A DNA stretch of 60,318 nt, counting the filler, from Catajapyx aquilonaris (lineage: Eukaryota): assembly GCA_000934665.2 (NCBI GenBank). It is 2 parts of 2 records of this genome, joined end to end, with 100 filler letters (N's around TTAATTAATTAA, not from the genome) between each part and the next. Parts side by side here need not be neighbours in the genome. Positions count along the whole stretch, not along the records: positions 31,329 to 60,318 come from KZ539229.1; 1 more part is not named here. One strand, given 5' to 3'. The translations under genes and the position numbers were made by a program. The notes below the pieces were generated by a model. That model did no database searches. It was not told the origin of the DNA and saw nothing but the letters and a program-made list of their open reading frames with translations. This document shows, piece by piece, positions 52,859 through 60,318 of this stretch (its first letter is position 1; each line of letters begins with the position of its first letter).

Positions 52859-55037
52859 ATTGTTCCAATGGAGCATTTGTCCAGAAGATGCTAACTATGA
52901 TTTCAACCTGTCAGTATCCTGCAGCTGCAATCATCTACTTTAGGCTGGCCTGATTGGCACAACTGTTAACTGCCCTGGCTCAATTTAGCAACCTTTCACC
53001 GATCAGAAGAGAGAAAAAACGTACATACCCTTGGGAACAGTTACTGCAGTTAACAATGACTGAGAAGAAATGAGGCAAGGCCTACTTGTCAGGAGGGAAT
53101 AAACACGTTCAACCTCTACTTGAATGTGAAGGTTATCTTGTTTGTATTACAAACACTGCTTATGTGCACAGGGACGATAAAACCAGTCCAAGTCACTGCA
53201 AGAATTACAACTTGCAGGAAAGTTCTGCCACGAATGCAGCATGCTTACGTAAAAATGAACTTGTCCTAGATATTGCCAGGACTGGCGATGCATTTAAATC
53301 GACCAATTTATTGGTTCTTGGGACCTATTAATAGCCTATCAAAATGAAAGCGGACACTTTTGTTGAATTCATAAACGAACTAGTAGGCCATCTGAAAATA
53401 CTTACGCCCAAAATATTGATTCCATGTTGGAGAAAAACAAAAGATAGGGTTTGAAACAAAACAAGGTGGTAATGGATCAAGTCATGTATTTTTTTTTTTT
53501 TCATTTTCTTTTCCTTTCTCCTTATAAGCGTAATGTAGAAACAGCCATGCATTAAAACATGCACAGTTCTCTGGTAAGTAACTCAACGTACTAGCAGACA
53601 TCGCTTCCACAAATCACATGATTGAACCAGAAGAACGGAGGGGAAACATCTATCATATGAGAAGCAATGGCTGGTACCTGTTGCCAACACGGCAGATTTT
53701 TGTTTTTTTTTTCCTTTTGCATTGGTGAGGAAAATTAATGTACAGCTCCCTGAGGAGATGACCCCATAAACATCGCCCACAACAAAAAATAATAATGAAA
53801 GTGGAACATGATCAATTCTCTTAGCCACTGCAGTACAGCAGAAAACACCCAGGTACATTTTTTAACTCTCAAATGTTCACAATAGTTTCATGCACACACT
53901 TGCACATGACACTGCAAAACACTCAAGTTTCATGCTACTCATGTAATAAAAAAATGGCTTATGTCAAAACAAATAATTGACATGATATAAATGGTGGCAA
54001 TGTCATGCTGGCATTATCAACCCCACGTTTTTTTTTAAAAAAAAGGTACAGTAGTGAAGACGGTGTGTATACATACTCACACATTAATCTTGTTGGGTGT
54101 GGTAATTAATAATCGCAACACTTCTGCTTCCTGTGAGATCAAACTTGTTTTTTTCACGTCTAATAGAAAAAAGAGGACCAGTCCCCTTTTTAATCATACA
54201 CACAAATATTTTGTAATTCCTATGCTCACACATACACATTTGTACAACACTTCAATCATACACGTACAATTTCCAAAATCCTAGAAATGTTCATAAGTCT
54301 ATCAGTCCATGAGGGTGAGAAATTAAAACAACCACACTACCATGTACCACAAAATGAGAAAAAAAATGCTGAAGGTGAAAATTTGTTTAAGTTCATGAGT
54401 TTCAGTTCTGTGCATTCCAGCAAACAAAAAGCAAACTCCACACATTCATCGCAACCGCAGGTGTTTACCCTTCATGGCCACTGCACATCTGCCCAGCAAA
54501 GAAGTTGGGATCCATAGGAAGAGAGAAAGAAAAAAAACTTTTGTTCTCCCTGTAAATGTTGGGTGGTGTGTGGAGGAAGATAACACACCAAAATGGCTTC
54601 TGCCTGGGTCTGTCCCATCCCTTTGTGTCTACACCCACACAATAGGCAATTAAATAAACAGGGAAAATGCAGAAAGGGCTATATTCCTCATTATGTAACA
54701 AAAGAGTTAACAAGTTAGTGGTCCCCATTTGCCCAAATTTGATGTCCTGGACGAATTAATTTTGCAGGGAGGTGGCCATCTTCTGTCATGGCAAATTGGA
54801 CTAATCAGTTGATGGCCAAGTTGGACCCAGCCCATTGTAATTTGTGGTAAAATGCGCTGGGTTCAATTGCCAGTTGTGCCCATCTTTGGTCATGAATAGC
54901 AGCCACAAAGGTCTTGTCACTTTAGCCTTTTAGTCACACATGACTGATATCTTGGATCCACACACCACTTTGCTAGGCCCTCAATCTAGTGGCCATATCC
55001 ACCTGCCCCCCCCCCCCTCTCACATGCCCACCCACCC

Positions 55038-55475
55038 TCACACATCCACACCGCACAATCCCACAGGTGTACAGGTCCCTTCATCCAGTTCCCTCAGCAC
55101 TTTTTTATGCCTCTGTCCGCCACTAGCCACGGCCAATCCTTCCTGCAGCCGCCTGACTGCCTCCTTGATCAGGCCTCCTTCTCGCAGAAGCACCTGCAGC
55201 AACTCATAAGGATCCTCAGGAACCTCCTTCCTGCCCCTGAGCTGCCCAGCATCTGCCCCCGAATTGGCCCCTACAGATGGCACCCTGTATGGTGAGGGCC
55301 TCTGCCTCCTCTGGCACCTTGACTTGAGAGAGGTGAGGCGCAAGTTCTCCTTGATCTCCGCCACCAGCTGGTCCACATCCCTGGAGAGGAAGTCTTGTCC
55401 AGTGGCAACCGTCTGGAAGGCAGCCGCAGCAGTTGCAGCACTAGCTACTAACGGGTCCTCCTCCTTGCTCGGCAT
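55038..55475 (-). CDS. FRAT: GSK-3-binding protein of the FRAT/GBP family, 145 aa
   Basis: All three conserved FRAT blocks are present in order: DVDQLVAEIKENLRL, RQRPSPYRVP and DPYELLQVLLREGGLIKEAVRRLQ. The start MPSK resembles the vertebrate start MPCR. An acceptor tatttgcag precedes 55565. Confidence 0.9.
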   Translation of the reverse strand: MPSKEEDPLVASAATAAAAFQTVATGQDFLSRDVDQLVAEIKENLRLTSLKSRCQRRQRPSPYRVPSVGANSGADAGQLRGRKEVPEDPYELLQVLLREGGLIKEAVRRLQEGLAVASGGQRHKKVLRELDEGTCTPVGLCGVDV

Positions 55476-56975
55476 GTTCTGCTGGGTAGGTGAGGAGTCC
55501 ACCGCCACTTGTAGGCAAATCAGGGTTGCAATTGCTTCTTCTTGGACTGCTGAACTCTTTTGAATCTGCAAATATACAATTAAGATGTTATTAATTACAA
55601 AAAATTTCCCACGGTCTGATATCGAATTTTGTGGGGCAACACCTTGACGCACAATCCCATGTGTAGGCCTACTGCCCAATGCACTGTGCTGGTACATACT
55701 GGTGGCACAATTCAAATAAAAACCAGACTGAAAGTACACACCGGCCCCAATTTCGAACGTAAACAAACCTACAAAAAATATCGATCCCACACCTACCAAA
55801 CGAAATTCCGCTGCAGAGTTATTGTGCCCCGAATTCAATGTCCTTTGTAAGCGGACCCCCACCCCCCATTTAAATCCCCACGTTGGAATTCCAAAAAGTA
55901 AACAAAGCATCCTCACAAAAAACCAGAATAGTGAGACGAGGGGTAGGGGGGTGTTGGGTGGTAGTGACGTAGCTAGGCTCCTACCTCCTTTCCTGTGCAA
56001 TGGCCGCGGTGTAGTAGATAGGAAGTTCCTCTCTTGTAGACTAGAATCGCACAGGAACACTGCTTAATTTGTGTAGTGATTGCACACGTTTTGTTGAGGC
56101 CGAGGGGAGGCGGGGCAGGTCGGGTTGTGGTGTAAGGGGGTTGGTGGAAGGCACTGGGGGAGGCGAGATCGCGGATGGATGCGTCCTTCCTGTGCCCCGA
56201 CCTGGGCCTCAATGAAAACAACGGGACTAGGGGACCTCCACTCCACCACTATGTTTTGGTACCGATCACTACTCGATTCTAAAACACGGCTGTATCCATG
56301 CGCACGGGGGGGAGGGGCCACGACCCAAACAAACACGTAGCTGCTATTGGCAGTAACATGCAGTATGCAAAATTATGATGATGTAAGCTGCATGATCAGT
56401 GCAGATTCACTATAACAGTGCCGTCTCAAAAAGTGTTAAACTACCATAAGCGTCAAATTATAATATTTAATCAGACTCTAACTAGAGACTCAAAACAGTG
56501 GCATTACTAAATAGTCTAAATAGTGCACTAGTGTAAGTGCGTAACTACTAACGCTACTACTAGCCAGCTACTAGCATACTAATAAAACTGCTACTTTTTC
56601 CATCTCTTTGTGTATCCTAGCATGTCCGGTAACCTACGCGCCGACAAAATAGTCCGTGTAAACAAACAGGGCTAAAAGCCCGGAACGGTCTCAGAGATGA
56701 GACCTCTCCTCAAAAAACAAGGTGTCGCTGAAATTTGGCTTTGAATATCTCCTAACAAGAGTCTGGGGCCACCCTTGCACAAAGGTAAACAACAACAAGG
56801 AAGAGCCTAGCCCAAGGTTGTTGTAGAGTTAGAGAGTTCTGCACTGTAGCCGCAACGGCGCTAGAAAACATTTGTAATAGTTGGCCACTAGGTGGCCATA
56901 GTAGTGTATGGCGGGCAGGTTTGAGATTGGTTTATAAATTCTAATGTTTAAAAAATTGTTTATTTAGGTTTAAAA

Positions 56976-57383
56976 ATGGACAGCCAGGTGCCCAGCACCT
57001 CGGGCATCTCGGTGAGCAATGGCAGCAGTGAGGACCCTCGTATTAATACCAGGCTGTACGTGGGTCTGCTGCCGGTCAACTACTGCGTCCAGGATTTCCT
57101 CAACCTCTGCCGACCTTACGGGGTGGTGCGAAGTGTGAAGATATCATTCAACAGTAGGAATACCAAGGCTTACGGTTTTGTCACATTCGCACGACCTCAG
57201 GATGCCCAGAGCTGCCAGAATGCACTTCACAACACCCTGCTGGCTGGACAGGTCATCAAGGTCAAGCATGCGACCAAGAGTGGGACTAGGACATGGAGGG
57301 CAGTGTTTTCTATTCCGAGTTCTTTGCCCTTGCCCGCAGCCATCCTCTATGCTGAAGCCAGGCACGTTTCCACACAGATTTAG
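56976..57383 (+). CDS. Single-RRM RNA-binding protein
   Basis: RNP2 LYVGLL and RNP1 KAYGFVTF, followed by AQSCQNALHNTLLAGQVIKVKHA. The ATG is in an aaaaATGg context after an acceptor-like tttatttag. Confidence 0.8.
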   Translation: MDSQVPSTSGISVSNGSSEDPRINTRLYVGLLPVNYCVQDFLNLCRPYGVVRSVKISFNSRNTKAYGFVTFARPQDAQSCQNALHNTLLAGQVIKVKHATKSGTRTWRAVFSIPSSLPLPAAILYAEARHVSTQI

Positions 57384-58144
57384 AGCCTGATTGTGAAGAG
57401 CCAAGCAAGATGGATACATCTTGGAGCCAATGATTTTCATGTAAGGTCAACATTTAGGTACTGTAGTACAGTACGTCTATTACGGTTGTGACACTCATAT
57501 TATTTTTGCCATATTTTATTAGATAGCCCTAGGCCAATGTCCAGGGAATCTACAATCAAAATCATCAAAACTACAGATCACGTTACATCGATGAAAGTAT
57601 TCAACAATGCAGTGCAACTTTTGGGCTGTGATTGGAACATCATATAGAGAGGATTGCAGCTCCTGCGAATTCTGCACAGCATCTTGAATAAAGTCTCATG
57701 ATTTCCTGATTCGGTTTTTTTTGTTTTGAAATGTCGCGTGTCACAATAACTCAAGTTCTAGCAGTAGGCCTAATATGCACAACTTGATTCGATACAAATA
57801 TGTATGTGCTCGCAATTATTAGCTAGCTAACTGACTTGCTTTTGCAGTACACAAGAATACATGTGTTAATGTTGCAGCCTCAAAATCATGGCCTCAATAT
57901 TTCTGGTATCTGGGAACCTGTGGCCCTTCGTATGCATGTATTCGTTATTTCGTTTGCACAGTTGGTTTGCACCAATTCAAGTCACGTGACTGGAGCTTAT
58001 TTGCGTACAAGTAGCGTCACGCGTTGCGCTGACCAATAGAAGCCGGTTGTCTTCCTCATAAAAGCCGGCGACTGGATGGTACAAATTCTCTTTTGCTCTC
58101 AAACTTATTAGTGCGAGGACGTTGTTGGCTGCTTTTCTGGAGAA

Positions 58145-58613
58145 ATGAACAAGGTAGTATAGGCCAATAAGTGTATGGCTAATAAGGTGTAAATGTTTGA
58201 CGTTGTGTTACTTGCAGATGCTTCTCGCCGTCTTCCTGGCCCTTGTGGCGTGCTCCTCGGCTGGATACTACGAAATGACCCCGGCGCCCACTACCTACGG
58301 CTACGAACAGCCGAAGTACGAAAAGCCATCCTATGGTTACGAGCAGCCCAAGTACGAGGAGAAGCAGTCCTATGGTTACGAGCAGCCCAAGTACGAGGAG
58401 AAGCCATCTTATGGTTACGAGCAGCCCAAATACGAGAAGCAGTCCTATGGTTACGAGCAGCCCAAGTACGAGGAGAAGCCATCTTATGGTTACAAGCAGC
58501 CCAAGTACGAGGAGAAGCAGTCCTACGGCTACGAGCAGCCCAAGTACGAGGAGAAGCAGTCCTACGGCTACGAGCAGCCCAAGTACGAGGAGAAGCAGAC
58601 CTATGGTTATTGA
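58145..58613 (+). CDS. Secreted Tyr/Glu/Lys-rich tandem-repeat structural protein (2 exons: 58145-58153 and 58218-58613)
   Basis: An MNK micro-exon with a GT donor and a ttgcag acceptor completes the signal peptide MNKMLLAVFLALVACSSA. Eight units of YGYEQPKYE(E)K(P/Q)S follow. A TATA-like cataaaa lies near 58057 and AATAAA near 58649. Confidence 0.85.
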
Positions 58614-58791
58614 AATGTCGCATTTAAAATGCTTACAATTGCATTTTTAATAAACTTATAAATGGTATGACGTCTACTTTTATATAAACCAAACTGATTC
58701 GGCTCCACCTTGGCTCAACTAATCAAATTATCCCGAGGAATGACAAAGTTAACATTGTAAATTTGCCCAGATATGTCAGGTTTATGAGAGC

Positions 58792-58849
58792 CTGATGGCT
58801 ATTGCGAGCTCATGTAGAGCTCTATACATGAGCTCGCAATAGCCATCAG
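58792..58849. repeat. Perfect 25-bp inverted repeat with an 8-nt spacer
   Basis: ctgatggctattgcgagctcatgta / tacatgagctcgcaatagccatcag. Confidence 0.85.
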
Positions 58850-59350
58850 CCTCCCTATACACTTGCCCGTACTGAAATCGTCTTGATATGCTGCCGCAGG
58901 TTATCTAAAAATAACTCGTGGGTGTGCACCTGTCTTCAATAAGCTGTGGGACAGGAAGTAGTTGTTTTTACTGTAACTGGGACGTTCACTAATCTGTAGG
59001 GACATTTTTTCCCCCACTTGCGGGGACATTACTGTCCCGCAAGAAAATTGCAGGTTTGCTTCTGAAGTAGTGGGGACTTGTCCCCACTATTTCCAGTGGC
59101 AGGGTTTTAGGAAAGTCCATTTTTCTCAGCTAGGTTACGTAGAGTAGCGTAGGTTATGTTAGGGTAGGTAGCAAAATTACTAAACCTAAACAATACACGT
59201 TAATGGAAGTGATCCACATTACACAATGTGATCGCCCTATTAGTGGACCAGGACCTTCGGTTTCACTACGTATAGGCCTAAAACTGGAGCAAGAACATGT
59301 TTTCTTAACTGAAAGTGGCAAAGAGTCGATTAGGGACGCTCATCTGATGC

Positions 59351-59545
59351 CATGGGCGCCCGCACGTATGGGCAGGGGGGGGGGGNNNNNNNNNNNNNNN
59401 NNNNNNNNNNNNNNNNNNNNNNNNNNNNNNNNNNNNNNNNNNNNNNNNNNNNNNNNNNNNNNNNNNNNNNNNNNNNNNNNNNNNNNNNNNNNNNNNNNNN
59501 NNNNNNNNNNNNNNNNCCCCAATAAATTTCCTGCGGGCGCCCATG
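59351..59545. mobile_element. hAT-type MITE spanning an assembly gap
   Basis: TIR catgggcgcccgca with an 8-bp TSD tctgatgc/tctgatac (one mismatch). Confidence 0.75.
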
Positions 59546-59773
59546 TCTGATACTTTTACTAGGGTTGTCTAATCACAGACTAATGGCATTCACTTTCATT
59601 CACGTGATAAAACTCAGCTGTACACATGTATAGTATGTTACTTGACGGAGGTGTCAAAATAATAAAAAATTCAGTGTGTGGTAATTGCAACACGTAATGA
59701 CAATGACAGCATGTGTTAAGAGAGCTATCAGAAATACTGTAGTGTACGGTACCTGAAAACTATAACCCCTATA

Positions 59774-59920
59774 TGCCTGATTGCACCAACGAAATTACCG
59801 ATTCGATAGCTAATAACAGATCGTAACTGGCACGTTAAAAGGGCTCATAACGATCCATTAGAAGATTAGATCGATTGGAGCTATCGGATCTGTAATAATT
59901 TCGGTTGGTGTAATCGGGCA
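59774..59920. mobile_element. Foldback MITE
   Basis: tgcctgattgcaccaacgaaatta pairs imperfectly with taatttcggttggtgtaatcgggca. Confidence 0.6.
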
Positions 59921-60318
59921 TTACAATCTAACATCAGCGGCTGTTACTTTCATGAAAAATATGCCATCTGTACAGGTGTACTGGCTTTGAGTAGTTAGTG
60001 CGTTAGGCACACGAATCACTGAAATAAAATATTTCCAGGCTCCTCGTATGTGAGATCAAAAATGTTGCAAGATGATGTAAACTTTTAACTGAAAGATGTT
60101 TTATTTTAATGGGCATGTCAATTGTACTATGGTAGCATTCCAGCTATAGCCATCCTCTGTTGCCTGACAAAATAGTGGATGTAATAATTTTTGATCCATG
60201 CTAGATCCTTTTTAGAGAGACTATATGAGGAGCTTGCCAGCAAAACCAGTTCAATCCACAATTTGCAATTTTTCAGGAGGAGCCAATAAGTGATTACTCA
60301 ATGCTGGTGGCAAAAGTG

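Noticed and set aside
55476..56060. 340-aa ORF extending FRAT N-terminally
   Set aside because: It starts at GTG, crosses a clear splice acceptor at 55565 and has no family similarity. FRAT homology begins at MPSK.
58296..58610. CRISPR-like periodic array
   Set aside because: The units are contiguous 36-39 bp in-frame coding repeats with no unique spacers, in a eukaryotic context.
58193..58650. Alternative-frame and antisense repeat ORFs
   Set aside because: They are shadows of the Tyr-rich repeat. Only that frame has a signal peptide and splice structure.

Overview
Eukaryotic, intron-containing animal DNA, most consistent with an arthropod that has CpG-depleted gene bodies. It is not prokaryotic, and I found no CRISPR, rRNA or bona fide tRNA genes. 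Genes from left to right: two paralogous BTB/POZ-C2H2 zinc-finger genes with single-exon coding regions (+), a multi-exon C2H2 zinc-finger gene (-), intronless ALG14 (-), Xaa-Pro dipeptidase/prolidase PEPD (-, 8 exons traced, last exon probably lost in an assembly gap), a FRAT/GBP GSK-3-binding protein (-), a single-RRM protein (+) and a secreted Tyr-rich repeat protein (+). Intergenic DNA and introns are packed with non-autonomous elements, often nested: two tRNA-derived SINE families with clean TSDs, Helitron-like elements, and piggyBac-, Tc1/pogo-, hAT- and Harbinger-like MITEs. The most interesting signal is at 25.1-29.7 kb. Four upstream candidate exons splice in frame onto the zinc-finger exon, two of them carry mariner-transposase motifs (ILHIDNAPPH; LKHPLYARRFHTLEELTTAVTYW), and the model places ALG14 inside an intron of this chimeric gene on the same strand. 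All splice models were read by eye and need RNA evidence.
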